A stretch of 64,000 nt of DNA from Escherichia coli (GTDB lineage Bacteria > Pseudomonadota > Gammaproteobacteria > Enterobacterales > Enterobacteriaceae). Shown in pieces: positions 19,623-28,793 of the stretch (positions are counted from its first letter, which is position 1; each line of letters starts with the position of its first letter). Below the pieces are notes generated by a model. That model made no database searches. It saw only the letters and a program-made list of their open reading frames with translations, and had not been told where the DNA came from. The translations under genes and the position numbers were made by a program. The stretch is from NCBI RefSeq assembly GCF_003018235.1, contig NZ_CP027437.1. One strand, given 5' to 3'.

Positions 19623-20156
19623 TTACTCATCCCGTTCTTTAATCACTATGGCGCTTTGCTCTATGCCAGCATCCAGTTCGACTTTTTTCTTTGGCATAAA
19701 GCGGCTGTACCAACTTTTTTCCGGTGGATCAGGAATTTTATATGTAGCCCGCCAGACCGATTTTCCCAGATTGCGGTATCCGGCGAGGATCCCCAGCGTG
19801 GTAGTTTCCTTATTGAGGGCGCGGCGTAATTTTTTCTCCTCGCCCGGACGCAGGATAAAGCTGTCGCGGTGGAGTAAATCATCGGCAAGAACAGCCTTGT
19901 CATTGTCCTGAAGGGACCACCAGTCCGCCGCCGTGAAAGCTGCATCAATTTTCAGTTCATAAACGCGTATCTCTATGGGCGCGGCTTTTTTCTGATTGTC
20001 AGGATTCATCTTATCGGAAGCCTTAATCACCAGATCGAGTCTTTGTGACATCAGGTCCGGCACGTCGTCGCTGTCAATGCTGCACCCGGAAAGCAGGAAG
20101 ACAAAAGACAAAGCTACCGCACATAACCACCCACCGGGGTTACGCCATTTATTCAC
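19623..20156 (-). CDS. tssJ: TssJ outer-membrane lipoprotein
   Basis: Lipobox LLSGC; start proposed at the GTG preceded by AAGGAA (MNKWRNPGGWLCAVALSFVFLLSGC...). Confidence 0.8.
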   Translation of the reverse strand: MNKWRNPGGWLCAVALSFVFLLSGCSIDSDDVPDLMSQRLDLVIKASDKMNPDNQKKAAPIEIRVYELKIDAAFTAADWWSLQDNDKAVLADDLLHRDSFILRPGEEKKLRRALNKETTTLGILAGYRNLGKSVWRATYKIPDPPEKSWYSRFMPKKKVELDAGIEQSAIVIKERDE

Positions 20157-20223
20157 TTTAATTTCCTTTAAAATCAAATAATAAAAACCGGCCAAGCTAT
20201 ATACCTGGCCGGGAAAATGTTGC

Positions 20224-20709
20224 TTAAATTTCTTTGTTAGCTTTGAAATCGTAACCTGCCGTGATAGTGCCGCCGCTGCCGCCCTGCTGGTTCTGCACCA
20301 CGTATTCCTGCTTCACGGTGCTGAAAGAGAGTTCGACTGACTCACGAGAAGCTATTTCTCCCCCCTGACTCCCGCTGGGCGAAACCATTGCTACGATCAA
20401 ATCAGTAAAACTGTATTTGAGGTATTCCAGTGGGTTGCCGCCTGCTTTGCGCATGGTCAGCACGGCTTTCGGAATGTGTTTGCCGGAGGCGCAGTATTTG
20501 AACAGGTTCGGGCTGGCGCGATCGATATAGTGTTCAAATGAAAGATTAGTTACGGATACCTTGCCGGATCCCAGACCGCTACCCGCGTGCATGGTGGACT
20601 CCTGGTGGATATTCCAGCGCCAGCTCAACACCTCAATTTCATTTTTATGTTTGTCATCCATTGACTCGCCGTCAATGCCGTCAATTTTCAGAAAAATATC
20701 ATAAGACAT
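20224..20709 (-). CDS. hcp: Hcp (TssD) tube protein
   Basis: 161 aa; MSYDIFLKIDGIDGES... is a typical Hcp N-terminus. Confidence 0.92.
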   Translation of the reverse strand: MSYDIFLKIDGIDGESMDDKHKNEIEVLSWRWNIHQESTMHAGSGLGSGKVSVTNLSFEHYIDRASPNLFKYCASGKHIPKAVLTMRKAGGNPLEYLKYSFTDLIVAMVSPSGSQGGEIASRESVELSFSTVKQEYVVQNQQGGSGGTITAGYDFKANKEI

Positions 20710-20820
20710 ATTTCATACCTTTTATTTAAATTAATTTTGGTTTATCCGCTTACAAATAAACCATTACTTTACAACACTCTTCCACATATGGAATCGGCAG
20801 AACAAAGGATTGAATATATT

Positions 20821-21192
20821 TCATTTCTTAACACTCCTGGAAATCAACTCATCCAATTCATTTCCATGAATGAAATCTATACATTTCATAGTACTGAAGT
20901 CTGATGCTATAGAACCATCATATTTTAATGATGCATATTTTCTCGCTATCGCATCTATTTCACGAAAAATTTCTACAGGTTGCTGACCATATTCAAGATA
21001 AGCACTAGCTGTAGCTCTGGCATCATCCTGAACGACATCATTTTTATACACCAATGACAAACAATGACTCAAAGCCCAATTGCGTAAGAGCTCTGACTGA
21101 GAATATTTTTCAGTCAATGCTTCCTGAGCATAAGATAATTGACATATCTGTAGCCCACAGAGGCCCCAAAATATTAATTTCAGCCATTTCAT
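20821..21192 (-). CDS. tai4: Tai4-like periplasmic immunity protein
   Basis: Signal peptide (MKWLKLIFWGLCGLQICQLSYAQE); start ATG overlaps the tae4 stop (ATGA), suggesting translational coupling. Confidence 0.6.
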   Translation of the reverse strand: MKWLKLIFWGLCGLQICQLSYAQEALTEKYSQSELLRNWALSHCLSLVYKNDVVQDDARATASAYLEYGQQPVEIFREIDAIARKYASLKYDGSIASDFSTMKCIDFIHGNELDELISRSVKK

Positions 21193-21674
21193 GGTAGTAC
21201 CCACAGGATTCCGACTTCAGGAACAAATGTTCCATTATCTGGATCATTTAGTAGATGGCATTGATCTGAACAAACGCTACCATTCCATAATGTTACATGT
21301 CCCCGAGCATTGCTCCAGCCATGGCCTTTTACAACAATGATGCCTTTTTTACCTGTAAAGTCACCAGGAGTTGGATTATTAATGACAAGATCTGGCTTCC
21401 CCATAATCTGGGTCAGATGTTCAATCATATCATTCACACGATAAATATAAAATTTCTTATCAGAACCACTAACCGTTGCATAGGGAGAACTACGGGATAT
21501 CGGAAATCCCGTAGCATTCAAAACATAACTCATACGAATTGGACAAGCATTTTCAAAATAGCCACCTGAAATATTTTGCCCAACATTTCCGCCAATTATA
21601 AGACCGACATCAGCAACGGGAAAATTCACTTTTCCAAATGCCGACCATGCCTCATTAAATGAAGGTCTACCCAT
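21189..21674 (-). CDS. tae4: Tae4-family peptidoglycan amidase effector
   Basis: 161 aa; Cys44 (ENACPIR) and His126 (ARGHVTLW) are positioned as I recall for the Tae4 catalytic dyad; AT-rich; followed by a signal-peptide protein. Confidence 0.65.
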   Translation of the reverse strand: MGRPSFNEAWSAFGKVNFPVADVGLIIGGNVGQNISGGYFENACPIRMSYVLNATGFPISRSSPYATVSGSDKKFYIYRVNDMIEHLTQIMGKPDLVINNPTPGDFTGKKGIIVVKGHGWSNARGHVTLWNGSVCSDQCHLLNDPDNGTFVPEVGILWVLP

Positions 21675-21726
21675 TTTCTTTATCCTCTAAAAAATCTGCA
21701 TCACAAGCTTTATGAAATATAATAAA

Positions 21727-23241
21727 TCAGGTATTACCCTGTTTTACCGACGGCAGTTTTGTGACCAGACGCAGTGATCCTGTTAACCCTTCAAGCTGAA
21801 AATGCGGGCGCAGGAAGAATTTGGCATCGTAATAATCCGGATTACCTTCCACCTCTTCCACCACCACTTCAGCAGCTGCCAGTGGGCGACGAGCTTTGGT
21901 TTCCTGTGAGGAGTTCACCGGATCGGCATCGACGTAGTTCATGATCCACTCATTGAGCCAGCGCTGCATATCTTCACGCTCTTTGAACGAGCCGATCTTG
22001 TCGCGCACGATACATTTGAGGAAGTGCGCAAACCGTGAACAGGCGAAAAGATATGGCAAACGAGCTGAGAGATTGGCGTTGGCCGTAGCGTCCGGATCGT
22101 AATACTCCTGCGGTTTTTGTAGAGACTGAGCGCCAATAAAGGCGGCGTAATCAGAGTTTTTGCGGTGGATAAGTGGGATAAAACCATTTTTCGCCAGTTC
22201 AGCTTCACGACGGTCAGAGATGGCAATTTCTGTCGGGCATTTCATATCCACGCCGCCGTCATCGGTCGGGAAGGTATGACAGGGCAGATTTTCCACCGCG
22301 CCACCAGATTCAACACCGCGGATCAACGTACACCAACCGTAATGTTTGAAAGAGCGGTTGATATTTACACCCATTGCATAGGCGGCATTGCTCCAGACAT
22401 ATTTGCTGTGATCTGCGCCATCCGCATCTTCTTCAAAATCAAACTCATCGACAGGGTTTGTTTTCGCACCATAAGGCAAACGGGAGAGAAAACGTGGCAT
22501 CGTCAGGCCAATGTAGCGAGAATCCTCACTTTTTCGCAGCGAGTTCCACGGTGCGTATTCGAGGTTTTGGGTCACAATTTTGGTCAGATCACGCGGGTTA
22601 GCCAGTTCCTGCCAGGAGTCCATCTGCAACACTGACGGAGAGGCCCCAGCAATAAACGGCGCATGGGCTGAGGCTGCCACTTTGGCAATGGAGCCGAGCA
22701 GATCCACATCCGGTGGCGTGTGATCAAAATAATAATCCGCAATGATACAACCGTAAGGTTCTCCGCCTAACTGTCCATATTCAGCTTCATAAAGCTTTTT
22801 GAACATGGGGCTTTGATCCCAGGCGATCCCTTTGTAACGCTTCATATTTTTCCGCAATTCATCCTTTGAAAGATTCATAAAACGGATTTTTAATTTTTCA
22901 TCGGTTTCAGTGTTGTAAACCAAATGTTCCATCCCACGCCAGGAGGACTCCAGTTTCTGAAATTCCGGATGACTCAGGATTAGTTTGATCTGCTCAGTTA
23001 ATTTGAAATCGATCTGCTCAATAATCGCAGCAATACTTTTATAAGCGTCGTCACTGACGGTGACGGTATTTGTCAAAGCCTGTTGGGCCAGCGTCTGAAC
23101 TGCTGCCTCAACAGCCTTTGCTGCCTGAGGTGTCTTGGGACGGAAGGCTTTATCCAGGAGCGAATCAAATTCAGTGTCCTGATAGGCAGTGGTTTGCGCA
23201 GCAGAGAGTTCGCCAGTCGCCAGAAGAGTATCGTTTACCAT
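21727..23241 (-). CDS. tssC: TssC (VipB) sheath large subunit
   Basis: 504 aa; conserved TssC sequence throughout. Confidence 0.92.
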   Translation of the reverse strand: MVNDTLLATGELSAAQTTAYQDTEFDSLLDKAFRPKTPQAAKAVEAAVQTLAQQALTNTVTVSDDAYKSIAAIIEQIDFKLTEQIKLILSHPEFQKLESSWRGMEHLVYNTETDEKLKIRFMNLSKDELRKNMKRYKGIAWDQSPMFKKLYEAEYGQLGGEPYGCIIADYYFDHTPPDVDLLGSIAKVAASAHAPFIAGASPSVLQMDSWQELANPRDLTKIVTQNLEYAPWNSLRKSEDSRYIGLTMPRFLSRLPYGAKTNPVDEFDFEEDADGADHSKYVWSNAAYAMGVNINRSFKHYGWCTLIRGVESGGAVENLPCHTFPTDDGGVDMKCPTEIAISDRREAELAKNGFIPLIHRKNSDYAAFIGAQSLQKPQEYYDPDATANANLSARLPYLFACSRFAHFLKCIVRDKIGSFKEREDMQRWLNEWIMNYVDADPVNSSQETKARRPLAAAEVVVEEVEGNPDYYDAKFFLRPHFQLEGLTGSLRLVTKLPSVKQGNT

Positions 23242-23265
23242 GAAAGTTCCTTAATAAAATCGCAG

Positions 23266-23811
23266 TTAGTCTGCTGTTCCCGTTTCACCTGATAAGACAC
23301 TTTCCTGTTGAGCGACAGGTTTTGGCGCACTAGCCAGAGCTTTCAGTAACGTAGGGTCTTGTAATAGTTTGTTGATAAGATTTTCTGCTCCCGCTTTACC
23401 ATCCATGTAGGTTTGTAGGTTGGCAAGCTGAGTACGCGCTTCCAGCAGCTGGTTCAGGGCATCCACCTTACGGGCAATCTGCGCAGGCGAAAAATCGTCC
23501 ATATTCTCTAACGTGATATCGACCATTAACTGCCCTTCGCCCGTCAGCGTATTGGGGACAGCAAACGCCACGCGCGGCGCAATGGCTTTCATCCTCTCGT
23601 TGAAGTTATCGATATCAATATCAAGGAATTTACGATCGGTGACCGGCGGCAGCTCTTCACGCGGTTTACCCGCCAGGTCGGCCAGCACCGCCATGACAAA
23701 CGGCAGTTCGATTTTTTTCTCGGAGCCGTAAATCTCAACGTCATACTCAATCTGCACGCGGGGCGCGCGGTTGCGGGCAATAAACTTCTGCGCGCTGTTG
23801 TTGATAGCCAT
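23266..23811 (-). CDS. tssB: TssB (VipA) sheath small subunit
   Basis: 181 aa; MAINNSAQKFIARNRAPRVQIEYDVEIYG... is typical of TssB. Confidence 0.92.
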   Translation of the reverse strand: MAINNSAQKFIARNRAPRVQIEYDVEIYGSEKKIELPFVMAVLADLAGKPREELPPVTDRKFLDIDIDNFNERMKAIAPRVAFAVPNTLTGEGQLMVDITLENMDDFSPAQIARKVDALNQLLEARTQLANLQTYMDGKAGAENLINKLLQDPTLLKALASAPKPVAQQESVLSGETGTAD

Positions 23812-23872
23812 AATCCTTCATTTCCTTATCAGTCAGCCGACGACCACCTGGGGAGTGGCCCGACGGTACAGT

Positions 23873-24163
23873 TTAAAAATCATACGCAGAGAGTATTTTT
23901 ATAATCTCTTTGTTTTCTTTGTACTTTTCCCGAAGCACAGGGAGTGATTTCTTCGCCGGAGGACACCAGGTATCAACCCCCTTTTCGATGTCTCTTTTAT
24001 CCTTCTTTGGTAAAGAACTGTCCCATTCACCAGCAAGATGCTGGCACATTTCCGCATTACTCAGAAAATGCTGCACATCCTGTGGTAAAGGCGGTTCCCC
24101 CTGAACACAGAAAGCGAACATCATTAACAGGAATGTCAACAACATCGGATAACGAAATGTCAT
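23873..24163 (-). CDS. Small exported protein, candidate immunity protein for the adjacent zinc peptidase
   Basis: 96 aa; N-terminal signal peptide (MLLTFLLMMFAFCVQG); starts 3 bp after the upstream ORF stop. Confidence 0.45.
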   Translation of the reverse strand: MTFRYPMLLTFLLMMFAFCVQGEPPLPQDVQHFLSNAEMCQHLAGEWDSSLPKKDKRDIEKGVDTWCPPAKKSLPVLREKYKENKEIIKILSAYDF

Positions 24164-24165
24164 AC

Positions 24166-24729
24166 TTAATGTCCATCAATTGACCAGTGAGGTATATCTG
24201 TATTGCCGCCAACAAATTTTCTGACGCCGTAACCCAGACCTACCGCCTGAAGCTGGGCATTCATTCCGGTTCGAGGTAGTGTATTAATTGCAACATTCTG
24301 ACCATTGCTCCCCGCAATTGTTAATGTTCCGCTCCAACTGATATTCATATCTATCGCAGTACCGCGTGTATGGTTGGAGCTCAGTGCAGGCGCGACATTC
24401 AGATTATTCATACCATAGGCCGTAACCATAGCCTGCGCCGCTTCAAGCGAGGCTTGCTCAGTCGGGTGAACCCACTCAATATCCATCCCCTCCATCGCCG
24501 GGACGTTTTTTGCCTGAACGATTTCATGAGCAATCAACCATGACCAGTGCATGAGATATGCTCTGGCGGGAGGGCGATATGTTGCAGAGATACTGACCCT
24601 TGCACGCGCATTACCAAGCGCGCGCAAAAAATTATCTACCGATGCACGAAAAGTCCCCTGCAAATCATTAGTGGAAGAACTTCCAGGAAAGCGACTGACC
24701 CACAGTGCGCCACTTAATTCTTTTGCCAT
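24166..24729 (-). CDS. LAS/M15-type zinc peptidase-like protein (H-x6-D ... D-x2-H); candidate peptidoglycan-targeting T6SS effector
   Basis: 187 aa; SSNHTRGTAIDMN (SxHxxGxAxD-like) and TDIPHW motifs; no signal peptide; sits between clpV and tssB with a downstream signal-peptide ORF. Confidence 0.5.
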   Translation of the reverse strand: MAKELSGALWVSRFPGSSSTNDLQGTFRASVDNFLRALGNARARVSISATYRPPARAYLMHWSWLIAHEIVQAKNVPAMEGMDIEWVHPTEQASLEAAQAMVTAYGMNNLNVAPALSSNHTRGTAIDMNISWSGTLTIAGSNGQNVAINTLPRTGMNAQLQAVGLGYGVRKFVGGNTDIPHWSIDGH

Positions 24730-24741
24730 AAGGATGCTCCA

Positions 24742-26223
24742 TTAATCCGTTTCAAAAATAATCTGTTCATCCTCATCAACACGAATGCGGATTTGCGTGA
24801 TGGCCGTTTTCTCTGTCATCGCCTGCAACCAATAACGGGACAGTTGTGGGAGGATATGTTGTTCGATATAGCCGATGAGCAAACGAGCGCCGGTTTCGTG
24901 CATCGGGCAGCGCGACACAATATGCGTAATCAGTTCATCGCCATACACCAGTGAAACGCCATGCTGCTCCGCCATCCGATCCATCAATCTGCCAAGATGC
25001 AGGCGGGCAATAACACCACGCGCGGTCTCATCCAGCGGTAAATAAGGAATAACCGTCACACGCCCCAGGAAAGCCGCCGGGAAGTGTTTACGTAACTCCG
25101 GCATTAACGCCTCTTTTAGTCCTGCCGAATCAGGCATCAGCGCCGGATCCTTTTCGATATGGCGTTTGTACTCGCTCCAAGTGGTTGCGCCGATGGTGCG
25201 CAGGGTGCCACGCGCCAGCGCCGGTTTCAGCAGGTTGGCAGCATCCCCCGTACCGGATGTACCACCAGCGCCCACCAGCGTGTGAACTTCATCAACAAAA
25301 AGGATTACCGGCTGCGGCGAGCGCGCGGCCTCTTCTAGCAACGCTTTCAGGCGGGATTCAAATTCACCCTTCATGGACGCCCCAGCCAGCAGCGCTCCAA
25401 CATCCAGTGACAGCAACCGCACGTTACGCAGTGAAGGCGGTACTTCCCCCCCGGCAATCGCCAGCGCGAATCCTTCCACCACTGCCGTTTTCCCGACTCC
25501 CGCTTCGCCGGTCAGTAGCGGGTTGTTCTGGCGACGGCGCAGCAGAATATCCGTCATAGTACGGATCTCGTGTTCGCGACCGGTGACCGGATCGATATTG
25601 CCTTCACGGGCCAGCGCAGTCATGTCCTGGCAGTATTTCGCCAGCGCGGATTTGCTTCCGGTTGATTCGCCGGCAAAGACCTGGCTAGCTTCCCCCGGTA
25701 CTGCAGAATTTAAATCCGAGCCGTCATAAGGCATTTCTGTTAATTCAGGAGATGAAGTGATTAAAGACGGAAGAATATCTAATAGTTCATCTACCGGTAG
25801 CTCTGCCAATGGCGCACAAATATTTTTTAACACCCGACACAATTCTGGCGTGGTTAACCAGGCAAGTAATAACCATCCACTACGAATTTTTTTATCGCCA
25901 AAGCGGATACTTGCCAACATCCAGGCTTTTTCAACAGAAAGATCGATATGATGGGAAAAATCGTTAATTACACTCGCTCCGGCAGGCAATATATTCAATT
26001 GCTGAATTAACGCCTTCTCAACATCAGCAGATGTTATTTGATAATGTCGAAGCACATTGTGAATGTCATTCTCTGGTTGTTGTATTAACTGATGCAACCA
26101 ATGCGTCAGTTCGACATAAGGATTAGCGCGTAATTTACAGAACGTCGTCGCAGATTCCAAAGATCTAAACAAAGATTTGGTTAGCTTTCCATACAGTGCA
26201 CTGCGCGAAACAGGAGTGTCCAT
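24742..26223 (-). CDS. clpV: ClpV (TssH) AAA+ ATPase with an apparent in-frame internal deletion (N-domain plus first ATPase domain joined to the C-terminal small domain)
   Basis: 493 aa against about 850-900 expected. Walker A GEAGVGKT and Walker B ILFVDEVH of the first domain run to ...IEKDPAL, joined directly to ...[24 protein letters not shown]...GARLL..., the ClpB/ClpV C-terminal signature. Confidence 0.8.
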   Translation of the reverse strand: MDTPVSRSALYGKLTKSLFRSLESATTFCKLRANPYVELTHWLHQLIQQPENDIHNVLRHYQITSADVEKALIQQLNILPAGASVINDFSHHIDLSVEKAWMLASIRFGDKKIRSGWLLLAWLTTPELCRVLKNICAPLAELPVDELLDILPSLITSSPELTEMPYDGSDLNSAVPGEASQVFAGESTGSKSALAKYCQDMTALAREGNIDPVTGREHEIRTMTDILLRRRQNNPLLTGEAGVGKTAVVEGFALAIAGGEVPPSLRNVRLLSLDVGALLAGASMKGEFESRLKALLEEAARSPQPVILFVDEVHTLVGAGGTSGTGDAANLLKPALARGTLRTIGATTWSEYKRHIEKDPALMPDSAGLKEALMPELRKHFPAAFLGRVTVIPYLPLDETARGVIARLHLGRLMDRMAEQHGVSLVYGDELITHIVSRCPMHETGARLLIGYIEQHILPQLSRYWLQAMTEKTAITQIRIRVDEDEQIIFETD

Positions 26224-26555
26224 CTGTTACACCTAATGATGTAAGAACATATAAATGATACATAAACATAACTGTACCGATTAAAACTTCTAATTAATAG
26301 AATTATCAAAAAGGCCGAATGAAACAATGATGCATATCACAGAACACAATGTAATATAGCAGGTAGTATCTTTTTCATGGTGATATTCAATAGAGCAAGC
26401 CAATTTCATACATACCATGAATATATTAAATTGAAAATCGCCACTATATATTTCCGCGAAAACTTATATTGATAAAGTAAATTGATCAGCATTGCTTATC
26501 TAAAAATTTAGAAAACTTATTCTTTTGAAAGAAACATTCTACACAGTGATACACA
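26224..26555. promoter_or_regulatory. AT-rich divergent control region between the clpV operon and the tagH-tssA operon
   Basis: 332 bp, strongly AT-rich, between divergently transcribed T6SS operons; contains a GATC site near 26483. No promoter elements individually mapped. Confidence 0.5.
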
Positions 26556-27470
26556 ATGAAACCAAATATTACGTGGGGACTCCAAAAAATACAGGCGCAC
26601 GGGATCGCCGATAACACAATTTACGCGACTGAAGGAACCCAAATTATCTTCACCGTTACCTCACCCTGGATTCCTGTTTTTGAGGTGAATGATGATGTAA
26701 AGATTGCCCTCAGTCTGACCCGCCACGAAGAAGCATGGTGGATTATCAATCAGTCTACCGAATATTGCTGTACGGTAAACGACCAGATTGTGGAACCTCA
26801 TCACCGTATGCGTCTGAATGAAGGCGATCTGATAGAATGGGGGTTATCTTCATGGTGCCTTGTGCACGGCAATCCATCATCTCCGGACCTGAGCGCAGTA
26901 AATACGACATCGCAGACTGCCACCATGTCGGAAACAATAACCGAATATCTGGATCTGGATTGGTTCAGGCAGCAGCATCTGACATCACAAAATCCATTCG
27001 ATATCATTCCTGTTCATGGAGCCTCCTCCACTGGAGAAGATGCTAAAAAAGAAAATGCCCTGACTCGACTTTATCAGGAATACCGCGAGGCGTTGTTATC
27101 TCCTGAACAAGATCTTCATCGCCATGCTGATCCTTTTCCCTTTAACGAAGAGCCCTCCTCACAGGATCTGGATTCATTGCGTGATCTGGTCACTGAAGCC
27201 GAGACATTGCAGGATATGGTCACTGGCGGGTTAAGCATTGACGCTATTCTCGATGTCCTGGACGCCACCGGCGAAGGGGAAACCGCCTGGCCTGCCGAAA
27301 AGACGCCCCCAGATATCCTGCACCTGCTATCCCCGGAATGCGCACCGGAAACAGCGCATAACACCGTTCTACCCGACCTGACACGCAAAGAGCATCGCAT
27401 CATTGGCATTGACAGCCATTATCGGATAAACCCGGCACAACACGGAGAGATATCTCATGACAAACAATAA
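26556..27470 (+). CDS. T6SS-associated protein, possibly FHA-domain (TagH-like)
   Basis: 304 aa; first gene of the plus-strand operon; N-terminal region has a weak FHA-like pattern; C-terminal half is acidic and low complexity. Confidence 0.4.
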   Translation: MKPNITWGLQKIQAHGIADNTIYATEGTQIIFTVTSPWIPVFEVNDDVKIALSLTRHEEAWWIINQSTEYCCTVNDQIVEPHHRMRLNEGDLIEWGLSSWCLVHGNPSSPDLSAVNTTSQTATMSETITEYLDLDWFRQQHLTSQNPFDIIPVHGASSTGEDAKKENALTRLYQEYREALLSPEQDLHRHADPFPFNEEPSSQDLDSLRDLVTEAETLQDMVTGGLSIDAILDVLDATGEGETAWPAEKTPPDILHLLSPECAPETAHNTVLPDLTRKEHRIIGIDSHYRINPAQHGEISHDKQ

Positions 27471-28287
27471 CGAGCTACCGGCTACCCTGTCGGCGCTGCT
27501 GCGGGATTATTCCGTGGCGGAGGGCATTCAAATGGCAGAGCAGCAGGTCAGGATGCACCCGGCGCAGGCCTCCCGCCGCCACAGCTTATTTCAGTTATTG
27601 TGCGTGGCAGGCTACTGGTCGCGGGCACTGCAACAGATCCAGCTATGCGCCCGGATGGACGCAAATTATACCCGCGAAGCGCAGGTATTTGGCGAGCTGA
27701 TACGCTGTGAGATATACCGCCACGCCTGCTTTCAGGGAGAACAGCGGCCCGATTTTATTCTCCCGCCGCCCGCCTGGATGGAGGATCTGCTGACCGCCCT
27801 CGCCTGTAACGCTCGTGGTGAAGCGCAGGAAGCTGACGCCCACCGCAGCCGCGCACTTGAGGCCATAACAGATACTGCAGGGCAGTGGAATGGCGGCGCA
27901 TTTGACTGGATTAGCGACAGCGACTCCCGTACCGGTCCGGTACTCGAACTCATCGCGGGCGGAGTATATATCTGGCTGCCGTTTTCACAAATCTGTTCGC
28001 TAAAATCGCCGCGGCCTGCGCATCTGACCGATTTGATCTGGAAACCCGTCAACGTCACACTGAATAATGGCGACACACACAGTGCCTGGCTGTTTTCCCG
28101 CTACAGCGGCTCTGAAAAGGCTGCCGACTCCCTGCGTCTGTGCCGGGAAACGGTCTGGCAGGACGGGCCGGGAGAGACTCTGGTACAGGCGCTGGGTCAG
28201 AGGGTGTGGCTCACCGGTCACGGCGATATCAGCCTGCTGGATTTGTCCACCTGTACCTTTAACACCGCTGAAGGAAGCGACGCGTGA
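27457..28287 (+). CDS. tagJ: TagJ (ImpE-family) T6SS accessory protein
   Basis: 276 aa; LFQLLCVAGYWSRALQQIQL, FDWISDSDSRTGPVLELIAGGVYIWLP and SRYSGSE match conserved ImpE/TagJ blocks (recalled). Confidence 0.8.
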   Translation: MTNNNELPATLSALLRDYSVAEGIQMAEQQVRMHPAQASRRHSLFQLLCVAGYWSRALQQIQLCARMDANYTREAQVFGELIRCEIYRHACFQGEQRPDFILPPPAWMEDLLTALACNARGEAQEADAHRSRALEAITDTAGQWNGGAFDWISDSDSRTGPVLELIAGGVYIWLPFSQICSLKSPRPAHLTDLIWKPVNVTLNNGDTHSAWLFSRYSGSEKAADSLRLCRETVWQDGPGETLVQALGQRVWLTGHGDISLLDLSTCTFNTAEGSDA

Positions 28288-28778
28288 GCGCTTCCCGCCA
28301 GCGTCCGGGCAATCACCTGCTGCCCACGCTGTTTGACCGCCTGTGTGATGATGCCCCAAACCAGAAACGCGACCACGATATCAGCGTCAGCCCGGTTCAG
28401 CTTAAGGAGATCATTCGCCGGGATTTGTCATTTCTGCTCAACACCGTCAGCCATGAAGATGATATTGATGCTGCACGTTATCCGGACGCGGCAGCGTCCG
28501 TACTGAACTACGGCCTGCCGCCACTGGCGGGCAGCTTTCTGTATGAACACAAGTGGGACGATATTCGCAGGGCCATTTTGCGTACCATCATCCGGTTTGA
28601 ACCCCGGCTGAAAGCGTCCACCCTGCAAATCATCCCACTTCAGGATGAGCGCCACCAGAGCGGCCATAACACATTACAGTTTGAAATTCGCGGCGAGATC
28701 CTCACGCAGCCCTACCCGATGGCATTCCGGGTACGCAGCGCGCTGGATATGGAACAGAGCCGCATTACGTTTTTTTAA
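28284..28778 (+). CDS. tssE: TssE (gp25-like) baseplate protein
   Basis: 164 aa; the PTLFDRL motif is typical of TssE. Confidence 0.88.
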   Translation: MSASRQRPGNHLLPTLFDRLCDDAPNQKRDHDISVSPVQLKEIIRRDLSFLLNTVSHEDDIDAARYPDAAASVLNYGLPPLAGSFLYEHKWDDIRRAILRTIIRFEPRLKASTLQIIPLQDERHQSGHNTLQFEIRGEILTQPYPMAFRVRSALDMEQSRITFF

Positions 28779-28793
28779 TTCAGAGAGAAACCG

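Noticed and set aside
24742-26223. Interpreting the 493-aa ORF as a separate single-domain AAA+ protein rather than a truncated ClpV
   Set aside because: It has the ClpV/ClpB-type N-domain, the first-domain Walker motifs and the ClpB-type C-terminal small-domain signature in one frame, which is best explained by an internal deletion of a canonical two-domain ClpV.
26556-27470. Calling the first plus-strand gene a confident FHA-domain TagH
   Set aside because: The FHA-like pattern is weak by eye and lacks a clear conserved Ser-Arg/His signature; kept as a low-confidence call only.
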